Shown here: positions 8,996 to 18,332 of the stretch, piece by piece
How the letters are laid out: each line of letters begins with the position of its first letter
How positions within the stretch are numbered: the stretch's first letter is position 1
Assembly: GCA_041687495.1 (NCBI GenBank)
Contig: JAWLBR010000001.1
Location: 12,014-76,013 of the forward strand
Source of the DNA: Limnochordia bacterium
Lineage (GTDB): Bacteria; Bacillota; Limnochordia; DTU087; JAAYGB01
Direction of reading: 5' to 3'
Length of the DNA stretch: 64,000 bases
The notes under the pieces: generated by a model
The model's input: only the letters and a program-made list of their open reading frames with translations
Told to the model about the DNA's origin: nothing
Database searches by the model: none
Made by a program: the position numbers and the translations under genes

Positions 8996-9280
8996 TCACT
9001 CGCCACGGGGAACCAGGATTTTCTCCACGTCACTATGGGGCCGAGGGATAACATGGGCCGCTACCAGTTCAGCCACCCTGCCGGCAGCCTCGGCGCCAGC
9101 ATCCACAGCCGCCCTGATCGCTCCGACATCTCCTCGGACCATAACGGTGACCAAGCCCGACCCGATCTTCTCATAGCCCACCAGCTGAACATTGGCAGCC
9201 TTGACCATCACATCAGCAGCCTCAATGGCTCCGATTAAGCCCTTTGTCTCGATTAATCCCAACGCTTCGCCCATTTCCAC
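8996..9280 (-). CDS. BMC-H shell protein (PduA/PduJ-like hexamer)
   Basis: 94 aa; [58 protein letters not shown] is the canonical Pfam00936 sequence. Confidence 0.9.
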   Translation of the reverse strand: MEMGEALGLIETKGLIGAIEAADVMVKAANVQLVGYEKIGSGLVTVMVRGDVGAIRAAVDAGAEAAGRVAELVAAHVIPRPHSDVEKILVPRGE

Positions 9281-9361
9281 TACATCCTCTCTTCTGATAA
9301 TTTGGTGTAAAAAAATACTTGCTACTTGCCCGTAGACTTCGCCTAAGACTGGCGCTGCCCT

Positions 9362-9649
9362 TTATATCTCAAGGTTTTTGGCAAACAAGTTCGCCACTTG
9401 CCTGTCTGCCCGTGCGATAATCTTGGTGACGCAAGGCCGACCCATTCTGCCGGCACAATCTTCGGCAGCCTCCACCGCCGCCGTCACTGCCCCGACTTCT
9501 CCCGCTAACTTGATCACAAACTTACCGCTGCCTTTGGATGGTTCGAGACCCAATAGTTCAACTGCAGCAGTCTTAGCGGCGCTGTCGGCGCACGCATAGG
9601 CTGCAGCTAAGCCGGCCACTTCCAGCAGCCCTAGAGCTCTTCCTGCCAT
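9362..9649 (-). CDS. BMC-H shell protein, divergent paralog
   Basis: 95 aa; ALGLLEVAGLAAAYACADSAAKTAAVELLGLEPSKGSGKFVIKLAGEVGAVTAAVEAA has the BMC fold signature. It has non-canonical Cys residues and an SGKF motif. Confidence 0.8.
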   Translation of the reverse strand: MAGRALGLLEVAGLAAAYACADSAAKTAAVELLGLEPSKGSGKFVIKLAGEVGAVTAAVEAAEDCAGRMGRPCVTKIIARADRQVANLFAKNLEI

Positions 9650-9747
9650 CGCCTTTCACCCCTTTCACACCTAGCTATCAGCGTCAGAGCGGAAGCGAAA
9701 ATTAGCAGTTCCAATTCACTCCCGCCGCTGCGCTGCGTCCGGATGGG

Positions 9748-10554
9748 TTACTTGCCCGTTTGCTCGGACAGAACTTTCATGGTAACTTCAGTGATGATTC
9801 GCACCAGGTCACTTTCACTAACTCCCGAATCAGCCGGAACGCCAGGATGCTGTTCTGCCTGACTCTCCTCCACGTAGACACTCCCACCCTGGCAGGTAGC
9901 CGGATGCCGACCAACTACTCCCAACTTCCGCCGCACTTCCATCAACTTCTCCACATCAGGCGAACTGATAGCTTTCTCGTTGCCCAGCTGCCTAGCCAGA
10001 AGGCTGATCTGAGCGCCTAGGTCCAGAGTCTCCATCTTAAAATAGGCGTTGTACACATCAGTGCCAACCGTCAGTGCCCCGTGATTCTCCAGTAAGAACG
10101 CATCGTGGCACTGGAGATACTTGCTGACCGCTTGGGGGATCTCATCGGTTGATGGAGTTCCATACTCTGCCACCGGCACCCATCCAAGACTGATTACTAC
10201 CTCAGGCATGATTGGCTTCGTCAAAGGTATTCCCGCCACAGCAAAGGCAGTGGCATGGGGCGGATGGGCGTGGACCACCGACTTGACGTCATCGCGCTCT
10301 CGATACACCTGCAGGTGCATCTTCAGCTCTGATGAGGGTTTGAGCTTGCCGGACTTAACCGTCCCATCCATATCCACTTTGATAATCATGTCCGGAGTGA
10401 GAAAACCCTTGCTGACTCCAGTGGGAGTCGTTAATACTTCATCTGGACCCGTCCGAATAGTGATATTGCCGTCATTGGCAGCAACAAACCCCTTATTATA
10501 TATCCGTCGCCCCACCTCAATGATGTCTCTTTTTAGCTCGAATTCAGACGCCAT
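9748..10554 (-). CDS. Class II aldolase/adducin-family enzyme (fuculose/rhamnulose-1-P-aldolase-like) with C-terminal extension; BMC signature enzyme
   Basis: PF00596-like core with metal-binding His (VVHAHPPHA, ENHGALTVG). It is ~50 aa longer than stand-alone FucA/RhaD and ends in the amphipathic helix SDLVRIITEVTMKVLSEQ after a Gly/Pro/Ser-rich linker. It is the first large gene of the operon. Confidence 0.85.
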   Translation of the reverse strand: MASEFELKRDIIEVGRRIYNKGFVAANDGNITIRTGPDEVLTTPTGVSKGFLTPDMIIKVDMDGTVKSGKLKPSSELKMHLQVYRERDDVKSVVHAHPPHATAFAVAGIPLTKPIMPEVVISLGWVPVAEYGTPSTDEIPQAVSKYLQCHDAFLLENHGALTVGTDVYNAYFKMETLDLGAQISLLARQLGNEKAISSPDVEKLMEVRRKLGVVGRHPATCQGGSVYVEESQAEQHPGVPADSGVSESDLVRIITEVTMKVLSEQTGK

Positions 10555-10586
10555 GAACTAGCCCCTTTCTGTATATGCGGTAATCT

Positions 10587-10790
10587 TTATACTGTGATGG
10601 CCTTCCATTCACCCTGTCGAAAACGCCATTCGATCACCATAGCGCTGACCCATTGGTCTGCTGCACAGGCGATCCATGCTCCAATCAAGTCCCAAGAAAA
10701 AACAACGCCAAATAAGAAGGCGAAAAGCACCCGAAATCCCCAGATGCCAACATTTGTGACAACTCCAGTCCTCCATCCTTGCCTGTGCAA
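10587..10790 (-). CDS. Hypothetical small hydrophobic protein (possible spurious ORF in the BMC operon leader)
   Basis: 67-aa ORF with a hydrophobic stretch (VLFAFLFGVVFSWDLIGAWIACAA) that ends 33 nt before the aldolase start. No recognisable family. Confidence 0.2.
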   Translation of the reverse strand: MHRQGWRTGVVTNVGIWGFRVLFAFLFGVVFSWDLIGAWIACAADQWVSAMVIEWRFRQGEWKAITV

Positions 10791-10877
10791 GTTCTATCTT
10801 GCCATTACTTGATTCACCCACGGCAAGCTAACCCCTGCAAAGTATCCATTGGTATAAGTCATTTCAGCATCGGAGTC

Positions 10878-10923
10878 AAAGCAAAACTGCCAGCGGGCGC
10901 TCTGATCGGAGCGATGCTGGCAG
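10878..10923 (-). terminator. Putative rho-independent terminator downstream of the ferredoxin-like gene
   Basis: On the minus strand, CTGCCAGC...(inner CGCTC/GAGCG pairing)...GCTGGCAG is followed by TTTTGCTTTG. It separates the ferredoxin-like gene from the BMC operon promoter region. Confidence 0.45.
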
Positions 10924-11041
10924 TCTGATTAGACAATATTCTCGGCAAGCAGTCATGCTGCCTGCCGACGTGCATTTGGGGATTCAAGCTGATGCCCGAG
11001 GTGTTAGCTGGGGGGACAAAACATTACTCCAGTAATCGACC

Positions 11042-11830
11042 CTAAAAACCGGCGGCCCGCTTGCGCTCTTCTTTGATGCTGCCATCGATACCGATGGTAA
11101 ACTCATGAACAGGCAGCGTCTGGCCGGACAACTCCAGCGCCTGTTTCGCGATATATACCAATCCGGAGCAGCACGGAACCTCCATGTGCACGATGGTAAG
11201 TCGGCGCAGGTTGTTCCTCGCAATGATGTCAGCCAGCTTAGCAACGTACTCGCTGGCATCGTCCAGTTTGGGGCAACCTACTGCCACTGCCCGCCCACTG
11301 AGGAACTGCCGATGAAAATCACCGTAAGCAAAGGGAACGCAGTCGGCACACAGAAGGAGATCCGCCCCCTGGAAGTACGGGGCATTGGGAGACAGCAATG
11401 ACAGCTCCACTGGCCACTGTCTTAGTGCCGATGTCAGCTCTAGTGGCTCGGTGCTCTCCGTGGGATGGTGGTTTGCACTTGACTCCTTCTCAGTCTTTGG
11501 CGTTGCGGCAAAATGCATCATCCGGGCCCCGGGGCATCCGCTGTGCCCATGGTCACCGTGGGTTGACCCCTGTGGCTGTTGCGAAGACTGCCGACGAACA
11601 TGAGCCAATGCCGCTTCCTCGTCAAATTCAGGAGCTTCTCGCTTTTCAATAGTCAGGGCTCCCTGTGGGCAGTGGCCTAAACAGGCGCCAAGACCATCAC
11701 AAAAGTCATCCCTCATTACCCTAGCTTTGCCGTCAATAATCTGCAGTGCGCCTTCGGCGCAGGCAGGAACACACAGCCCACAGCCATTGCACTTCTCCTC
11801 ATCAATTACGATCATATCTCTCATTGGCAT
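11042..11830 (-). CDS. 4Fe-4S dicluster ferredoxin-domain protein with His-rich linker and Cys-rich C-terminal domain
   Basis: N-terminal CNGCGLCVPACAEGAL and CDGLGACLGHCPQGAL are two classical CxxCxxCxxxCP motifs. A His-rich low-complexity linker follows. The C-terminal domain carries CADCVPFAYGDFH and VPCCSG motifs and has no family I can name. Confidence 0.6.
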   Translation of the reverse strand: MPMRDMIVIDEEKCNGCGLCVPACAEGALQIIDGKARVMRDDFCDGLGACLGHCPQGALTIEKREAPEFDEEAALAHVRRQSSQQPQGSTHGDHGHSGCPGARMMHFAATPKTEKESSANHHPTESTEPLELTSALRQWPVELSLLSPNAPYFQGADLLLCADCVPFAYGDFHRQFLSGRAVAVGCPKLDDASEYVAKLADIIARNNLRRLTIVHMEVPCCSGLVYIAKQALELSGQTLPVHEFTIGIDGSIKEERKRAAGF

Positions 11831-11996
11831 AGTCTCTTACCTCCAAAGTCTATAGTGAGCCATCGGACCACCGCCGGGTCCTTTGACCTCAGCTTTTTAG
11901 TAACTGACTATATTGTAGCGCATCGGCGAACCCATGCCCTTGACATAAGTCAAAAGGTCGCGAAAAAAGCCCGGCAAACGGTGCCGAGCTTCTCCG

Positions 11997-13868
11997 TCAT
12001 TGATCTACCGGGTCTTCCTGCTCGTCCTGACCCGCCTCTTGAGGTGGAGAGAAATATGCCTCAAGGAATTTGCGAGCCATAGGTGCAGCCGCTGAGGCTC
12101 CTCCCCCACCGTGCTCAACAAAAGCTACGACCACAACTTCTGGCTTGTCTACCGGGGCATATCCCGCAAACCAGCCATGGCCGTCTGCTCCAGTGACCTG
12201 TGCCGTTCCGGTCTTACCGGCAACAGGAGTATCAAACCCACGGAACACGTTGTGGGCTGTACCTCGCCGATTCTTCACTACAGCCACTAAGCCCTTCTCG
12301 ATGGCTGACCAGTGCGCTGCCGCCATGCTGATTTTTCGAGCCACGATGGGTTCTAACTCGTTAACGATACCCCCCGTGGGGTCCATCACTGCTCTGACCA
12401 AGCGGGGAGCATACTGAGTGCCTTTGGTAGCTAGCGTGCTGTACATCTGTGCTACCTGCAGCGGAGTGACCAGAAGATAGCCTTGACCGATGGAAAAATC
12501 CATTGTTTCCGCTTCGTACCAATTCCTTTCCCAGATGGGTTTCTTAGCAAAGACCTCCTTCTTCCAGTCCGGATCAGGAACTAGTCCTGCCTTATCACCG
12601 GGATACAGATCGATGCCGGTGGACGACCCAAAACCAAACATCCTGGAATACTTGGCAATGGACTCCACCCCGAGGCGGAAACTCATTTCCCAAAAAAAGT
12701 CGTTGCTGGAACGCTCCAATGCCGTCGCCAGATCGATCCAACCATGAGGAGGAAGTGGCGGATACTGATTCAAAATCCAATCCTTCTTGCCATACTTACT
12801 CTTACCCGTCGCATAGTACAACTCGTCAGGATTGAGTTTCCCTAAATCAAGTGCAGCAACAGCGGTGACCGGTTTAAATGCCGAACCTGGAGGGTACATC
12901 CCTTGAGTAGCCCGGTTCAACATCGGTAGAGATGGGTCCCGCTGCAGTTGCGCAAAGTTACGCTCAGGAACATTGGGGAGCAACAGATTTGGATCAAACC
13001 CCGGGCGACTGGCTATTGCCAGTATCTCCCCAGTCCACGGGTCCATAGCAACAATAACTCCCGCCTTAGCATCGGGTCCGTTTGCTTTGCCTTGGAGTTC
13101 GGCTAACTGCGCATCGATAGTCTCTTCAGCGACCCGCTGCAGCCTGCTGTCAATGGATAGAATAATGTTGTTTCCAGGAACGGGGTCCTGCGATTCAATT
13201 ACCCTTTGCGGTCTGCCCACGGCATCCACTTCCCGCAGGATCCACCCGTTTTCACCCTTCAGATCTCGCTCATACGCTCGCTCCAGGCCGCTCTTACCAA
13301 TCAAGTCGGTCCCATAGTACCCACTGAGTGTGCTGAGTTCGTCGCTGTTGATCATGCCAAGATAGCCTACCAAGTGGCTGGCGGTCTGGCCTTGTGGATA
13401 TGTTCTGCTGACCACACTCTCCAAATTGACCCCAGGCAGATCCTGCTGCTTCTCCGCAAGGCGGATTATCGCCTCGGGGCTTAGGTTGAGCACCACGGGC
13501 ACCGGTTCAAAGGACCGATATTCCTTGGACTGAAGCCGCTGGACAATCTCGTCAGCGTTCGCTCCGGTAATAGTTGCCAATGTACTGGCGACCTCGGTAA
13601 TCGGCTGGTCTAAGTGGTCCTTGATCACGGTCACCTGGTAGACGGCCTTATTGGTTGCCAGCTTCGTCCCGTTGCGATCCAAGATGTCACCCCGCGCGGG
13701 ACTGACCCTTTCCATTCGGCTTTTGTTGCCTTCGGCAAGGGCCGAATACCTGTCCCCCTGGATAATCTGCAGCTGCCACAATCGGGCCAAGAGGACGAAG
13801 AGGATCAACCATATCATCCAACCAAAGACCTTGGTTCGCTGGACCAAAGCTTTATCCTCTGTACTCAT
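11997..13868 (-). CDS. mrdA: Penicillin-binding protein 2 (class B PBP, elongation-type transpeptidase)
   Basis: N-terminal membrane anchor plus RLWQLQIIQGDRY dimerisation-domain start. Transpeptidase SxxK motif (GSAFKPVTAV), SxN and KTG(T) motifs (KTGTAQ). 623 aa. Confidence 0.85.
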   Translation of the reverse strand: MSTEDKALVQRTKVFGWMIWLILFVLLARLWQLQIIQGDRYSALAEGNKSRMERVSPARGDILDRNGTKLATNKAVYQVTVIKDHLDQPITEVASTLATITGANADEIVQRLQSKEYRSFEPVPVVLNLSPEAIIRLAEKQQDLPGVNLESVVSRTYPQGQTASHLVGYLGMINSDELSTLSGYYGTDLIGKSGLERAYERDLKGENGWILREVDAVGRPQRVIESQDPVPGNNIILSIDSRLQRVAEETIDAQLAELQGKANGPDAKAGVIVAMDPWTGEILAIASRPGFDPNLLLPNVPERNFAQLQRDPSLPMLNRATQGMYPPGSAFKPVTAVAALDLGKLNPDELYYATGKSKYGKKDWILNQYPPLPPHGWIDLATALERSSNDFFWEMSFRLGVESIAKYSRMFGFGSSTGIDLYPGDKAGLVPDPDWKKEVFAKKPIWERNWYEAETMDFSIGQGYLLVTPLQVAQMYSTLATKGTQYAPRLVRAVMDPTGGIVNELEPIVARKISMAAAHWSAIEKGLVAVVKNRRGTAHNVFRGFDTPVAGKTGTAQVTGADGHGWFAGYAPVDKPEVVVVAFVEHGGGGASAAAPMARKFLEAYFSPPQEAGQDEQEDPVDQ

Positions 13869-13888
13869 GTCGACCCCTCTCCCGGTAT

Positions 13889-14173
13889 CTACTTCATATA
13901 TTTGCGCAGGACATCCATCAGTTCATCGATGGCTTCATCACCGCGCTCTTCGCGGATAGCGCTGGCAACACAGCCTCTAGTATGCGACTCAAGGAGAATC
14001 TGCCCAACACTGTTGAGGGCAGAGCGAACCGCAGATATTTGATGGAGAATATCCACACAATACTTGTCTTCGTCAACCATCCGGGTTATCCCCCGTACTT
14101 GGCCTTCAATTCTGTTCAGCCGTTGAATCAGATTCTTCTTGCATTTACTGTCATAGGAATGCAATGCGCCCAA
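13889..14173 (-). CDS. csoR: CsoR/RcnR-family metal-sensing transcriptional repressor
   Basis: 94 aa; NLIQRLNRIEGQVRGI is a DUF156 signature, and the C...H...C pattern (DKYCVDILHQ...HTRGC) is typical of Cu(I)-sensing CsoR. Confidence 0.75.
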   Translation of the reverse strand: MGALHSYDSKCKKNLIQRLNRIEGQVRGITRMVDEDKYCVDILHQISAVRSALNSVGQILLESHTRGCVASAIREERGDEAIDELMDVLRKYMK

Positions 14174-14389
14174 CCCCTTCCATTATACCCCCACATAGTA
14201 TACCTAGATTGTATCGTAATCACCCCTACTAGACAAGAGATGACCTATGTCTGTCTCTAGCAAAGATTGACTGGAGAGTATTCAAGCTTCCGCCCTTCAG
14301 CACATGCCCCTTGCTCGAGCTATACCTGCATGCCCAAAAAAAAGATGGCGCCTTCGCGCCATCTTGTCGCAATGCTCTAATTGGCTTAC

Positions 14390-14881
14390 TCAATTCTCCC
14401 CTGTGCCCATCCGTGCACTTAGCCGCCACAACAGCCACGCCAGCGCTGTGGCTCCACCCCCGATAATCCAGTCGGTGGATAGGACTTGCCGGGTAAGTAA
14501 AATCATCCCGAGGTGAAACAAGGGAAACAAGAGTAACTCCCAAGCCGTAACCCGCAGGAATCTCCTTAATAGTGCTGATATACCCTTAGTCTGAAGGTAA
14601 GATTCCGATACCCAGACAACGAACCCTATCCAAGCTGCGGCTAGAAACAACATCGTGGGACCGCCTACATACGCTCTGACAAATGCGGCAGCCGACGCGT
14701 GGGTTGGTCGCAAGGAAAGCTGCCCCAATATGACCAATACGCTCCAAAGCCATACCAAACTTAGTCCGCCGTTCCCAATGGTAAATAGTACTGCCAATGC
14801 GCCCTTGTTCGCCCTACTTAGGCCCTGCCTTCTTTCTTGTTCAGCCATGCCATCTCCCCCAGACTCATTGCCGCTCATCAA
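14390..14881 (-). CDS. Hypothetical 4-TM membrane protein
   Basis: 163 aa with four predicted hydrophobic helices and no recognisable family. It lies downstream of csoR on the same strand. Confidence 0.4.
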   Translation of the reverse strand: MMSGNESGGDGMAEQERRQGLSRANKGALAVLFTIGNGGLSLVWLWSVLVILGQLSLRPTHASAAAFVRAYVGGPTMLFLAAAWIGFVVWVSESYLQTKGISALLRRFLRVTAWELLLFPLFHLGMILLTRQVLSTDWIIGGGATALAWLLWRLSARMGTGEN

Positions 14882-15096
14882 GCTTTGACCCAGCTACGTA
14901 GCGGCCTTCTGTGACTTCAGCGGCTGACATGTCGCTCATCACAAAAGGTTTCTCCGCATTTGCAGGTGTTCCTTTTTTTGCCTACGTGGCATTATATGCA
15001 AACCGAGCTGAGGTCTTGCCTCACCTGTCCACAGCTTCAACGCCGGCCAGAGAATCTGACGCCAGCAAAGCCAATGGGGAAAAAGGGTAGTTTGAA

Positions 15097-15582
15097 CTAC
15101 CTCATCCTAGTCAGTTCAACCGCTTCTTTACCTGTTATGTGCTCCGGTGTGATTTCGACAACACACAGTGCGTTCCACGCCTGCTTGATCTCGTCAGCAC
15201 CTTCTCTTTCGAAACCAGGAGAGTACTTACGAACTAACTGTTGCATCGCATGGTGTTTGTCCCCGTCGTCTACTAGGATCCGAGCTCGTCCAAAGACTAT
15301 AACGCTGCGAAAGTATGTGGTAAACTCTTTTGGAATAATCTCGTCTTGATCAATTACGCAGAAAGACACCTTGTCGTTTCTTTGGATTGCATCAAGCTTA
15401 TGACCACTTTTGGCACAGTGGAAATATATCTTCCCATCGTGGTAAACATAGCTCAAAGGGACTGTATATGGGTAGTTGTCGTCGCCGCTGACGCCTAAGA
15501 CTCCGTGGCGCCCCTTTTCTAGTATTTCCGTCACTGCTTCGTCCGGTATAAGCTGCTTACTTCGTCTCACTTCTCTAAACAA
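15097..15582 (-). CDS. Pyridoxamine 5'-phosphate oxidase-family (FMN-binding split-barrel) protein
   Basis: 161 aa; similar to NimA/PNPOx-like proteins (GVLGVSGDDNYPYTVPLSYVY...IYFHCAKSGHK). Confidence 0.7.
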   Translation of the reverse strand: MFREVRRSKQLIPDEAVTEILEKGRHGVLGVSGDDNYPYTVPLSYVYHDGKIYFHCAKSGHKLDAIQRNDKVSFCVIDQDEIIPKEFTTYFRSVIVFGRARILVDDGDKHHAMQQLVRKYSPGFEREGADEIKQAWNALCVVEITPEHITGKEAVELTRMR

Positions 15583-15609
15583 CCTGATCCCTCCGTGTGT
15601 ATGCAGACA

Positions 15610-16677
15610 CTAGCCACCCAAGGGCTTTGCCACTAGAGGTGCGGCAGTCGTCCCTCGCACGACTAACTGGGAGCCAATTACCGTCGGTTCAGGGCAATAA
15701 CCAGGCTCCCGCAGCATACTTACTAACTTCCCAATGGCGGTTTGACCCATGTCGGTCCCGAATTGCCGTACTGTGGTCAATCCCGGGCGCACATGCTGGC
15801 TGGCAGCAATATCGTCAAACCCAACAATAGATATGTCTTTGGGAATCTCAAGACCTCGGCTCGCTGCGCACTCCATGGCCCCATATGCCATTAGGTCGCT
15901 GGCGGCAAACACAGCCGTCGGAGGCTGACCTAGGTCAAGCAGGCGAGCCATGGCACCGAATCCGCCTTCCTTGTTGAAGAGTCCCTCCTGATGCAGTGAG
16001 GTATCGTAGGGGATATTTGCTTCCTGTAGCGCGGACAAGTAGCCGTTGAGGCGCTCCACACACAAAAAGCTATCCACAAAGCCATCAATATATGCAATTC
16101 GTCTGTGACCCAACTGAACAAGGTGGGTCACTGCCTGATAGGCTCCACCGGCGTTGTCCGAAGTCACATAAGTAATCCCTTCGCCTAGTCTTTCCATATC
16201 GACAAACACGGCGGGAACTTTGGCTTCCTGGACACTCTGTACGACCGGAGACCTATCAGCAAAGCCCATGACAATGAGGCCCTCCAACTGCATCTCCCGC
16301 CAGGTGAACCGCTCTGGCCCCGCCCCCCCGGAACCATCGTCCAACCACATAGTCAGTCCATATCCGCTTCCCCGTACACCCAACACCAAACCAGCGATAA
16401 CATCGTGGAAGAATGGATGAGTCAAAACCGCTCTTTCCAAAGTAACCAGGCCAATCAGATGACTGCGCTGTGTAACCAGACCTCTGGCAATCAGGTTGGG
16501 ACGGTACCCCGTCTCGCGCACAGCTTTCCAAACCTTCTCTTCTGTGGACTGGGCCACGTTGTTATACCCGTTGAGGACATGGGATACCGTAGCAATCGAA
16601 ACTTCTGCCCTTTGAGCTACATCCTTGAGAGTAACCACCACACCACCCCCAGATAGCTTTTGTAATTGCTGCATCAA
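15610..16677 (-). CDS. LacI-family transcriptional regulator
   Basis: N-terminal HTH (VTLKDVAQRAEVSIATVSHVLNG) plus a periplasmic-binding-protein-like sugar-binding domain. 355 aa. Confidence 0.85.
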   Translation of the reverse strand: MMQQLQKLSGGGVVVTLKDVAQRAEVSIATVSHVLNGYNNVAQSTEEKVWKAVRETGYRPNLIARGLVTQRSHLIGLVTLERAVLTHPFFHDVIAGLVLGVRGSGYGLTMWLDDGSGGAGPERFTWREMQLEGLIVMGFADRSPVVQSVQEAKVPAVFVDMERLGEGITYVTSDNAGGAYQAVTHLVQLGHRRIAYIDGFVDSFLCVERLNGYLSALQEANIPYDTSLHQEGLFNKEGGFGAMARLLDLGQPPTAVFAASDLMAYGAMECAASRGLEIPKDISIVGFDDIAASQHVRPGLTTVRQFGTDMGQTAIGKLVSMLREPGYCPEPTVIGSQLVVRGTTAAPLVAKPLGG

Positions 16678-16754
16678 TTGGTACGAAAACCAATTGACCG
16701 CCCTCGTTTACCTCGGGCGGTCATGATGAACCTACTACGCTGTATCTACACCCT

Positions 16755-17555
16755 CTACCGGCCCAGCACTTCGACTAACAGGTCAGTTCGGTTAGTGATA
16801 ATACCATCTATCCCCATTGCAGCTAGCTGTTCCATTTTCTGGGGCTCATCCACGGTCCACGGGTTAACAAAGACCCCCTGGGCCTTGGCCCCTGCCACCC
16901 CAGACTCGTTGACACTGTGGTAAGCCGGATGCAGGCCTTTCACATCCATTGCCGCTGCATAAGCCCAAGGTTCATACAAACCCGCACTATACAGGATGGC
17001 AGTCGATAGCTTCGGTTCGATCTTCATCGTCTCAATCAAGCTGTAGTGGTTAAACGAGGAGATAATCACCCGGTCCACTAGCTTGTACCGCCGAATTAAC
17101 TCCACAACCTTTTCTACCAAACCAGGATAGCTGACAATACCTGTCTTCAGCTCTATATTCACCATGACAGAAGTGTCCACCACAAGGTCGAGCACCTCAG
17201 AGAGCAGCGGAATGCGTTGTCCACTGAAGCTGTCTGAGTACCAACTGCCCGCGTCCAGCCGCCGTAGTTCCTCTAGTGTCAGATCCTTAATAAACCCCTT
17301 ACCATTCGTAGTCCGATTGACCTTCTCATCGTGACAGACAACCATCTCGTTATCCTTACTGAGATGGACGTCCAGCTCAATGCCTTCAGCCCCGAGTTCA
17401 AGGGATTTGGCAAAACTAGCTATGGTGTTTTCTGGTGCAAGGTACGGTATTCCCCTATGCCCAATGACTTTCGGCCACGTCTGCATCAACGCATCCCCAC
17501 CTGATTCAAAATGCTTGCTAATAAGATGATTGCAAGGAATATATTCACACCCCAA
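16755..17555 (-). CDS. Glycerophosphodiester phosphodiesterase (GDPD family)
   Basis: VIGHRGIPYLAPENTIASFAKSLELGAEGIELDVHLSKDNEMVVCHD is the GDPD catalytic signature. The probable true start is the internal Met near 17486. Confidence 0.8.
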   Translation of the reverse strand: MGCEYIPCNHLISKHFESGGDALMQTWPKVIGHRGIPYLAPENTIASFAKSLELGAEGIELDVHLSKDNEMVVCHDEKVNRTTNGKGFIKDLTLEELRRLDAGSWYSDSFSGQRIPLLSEVLDLVVDTSVMVNIELKTGIVSYPGLVEKVVELIRRYKLVDRVIISSFNHYSLIETMKIEPKLSTAILYSAGLYEPWAYAAAMDVKGLHPAYHSVNESGVAGAKAQGVFVNPWTVDEPQKMEQLAAMGIDGIITNRTDLLVEVLGR

Positions 17556-17579
17556 CAGCTGATTCCTGCTGGAAACAGT

Positions 17580-18332
17580 CTAAATTGGTTTCTCCGGCCG
17601 AGATCCCGGCTTCACGACAGGAATTCCCTGCTGGCATAGAGGACAGTCGTTCGGTGGGTAAACCTCAATTTCTACGCTGACCAGACTCCAAAATGGCAGG
17701 CGAAAATCCACAGCACCCCCAGTTCGATCCACAACCGCCGCCACTCCCACCGGTTCAGCCCCTTGGGCTCGACATAGCTGGAGTACTTCCCGCACTGAGC
17801 CGCCTGTCGTCACTACATCTTCAGCCACTAGTACACGCTGCCCCGGTTGCAGCGCAAATCCGCGGCGCAATGTCATCTGACCGTCCTGCCGTTCCGCAAA
17901 GATGTTGCTCACCAGTAGCTGCCGACTTAGTTCATAGCCAAACAGAATCCCTCCCAGTGCAGGAGAAATTACGGTATCGATGGCTTCTGATTCAATCCGC
18001 TCAGCCAGTAAGCGGCAGACATGTTCGGAGAAAGCAGCATCAGTAAAGATCTTGGCACACTGCATGTACTGTTGGCTGTGCAGCCCTGATGTCAGCCGAA
18101 AGTGCCCCTGCTGCAGTACTCCAGCCTCTGTAAACGCCTGCAAAACCTGCCTTTTCCCCATCATCCTTGTCTCCTCTCTAAGCCTACGTTGATCTCGGCC
18201 ACCACTTGCTGAAACGCTACTGCAGGATCCGGATGGGCGGTAATGGGCCGCCCGACAACGAGGTAATCGCACCCGTTGGACGCCGCCCAGTGCGGTTCGG
18301 CAGTACGAGCTTGGTCTCCGGTTGCAGCCCAT
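17580..18332 (-). CDS. pyrE: Orotate phosphoribosyltransferase
   Basis: Type I PRTase PRPP-binding motif (VLVAEDVVTTGGSV). The ORF-track start is over-extended. The likely start is MMGKRQV at ~18164, abutting the pyrF stop. Confidence 0.85.
   Translation of the reverse strand: MGCNRRPSSYCRTALGGVQRVRLPRCRAAHYRPSGSCSSVSASGGRDQRRLREETRMMGKRQVLQAFTEAGVLQQGHFRLTSGLHSQQYMQCAKIFTDAAFSEHVCRLLAERIESEAIDTVISPALGGILFGYELSRQLLVSNIFAERQDGQMTLRRGFALQPGQRVLVAEDVVTTGGSVREVLQLCRAQGAEPVGVAAVVDRTGGAVDFRLPFWSLVSVEIEVYPPNDCPLCQQGIPVVKPGSRPEKPI

Noticed and set aside
10944-10966. Second small hairpin (GCAAGCAG-tcat-GCTGCCTGC) just downstream of the ferredoxin-like gene.
   Set aside because: It has an imperfect stem and no U-tract. 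The stronger terminator candidate is the adjacent hairpin at 10878..10923.
13889-14881. CsoR plus the downstream 4-TM membrane protein as a possible novel copper-resistance pair.
   Set aside because: There is no copA/copZ or other metal-handling signature in the membrane protein. The association cannot be supported from sequence alone.
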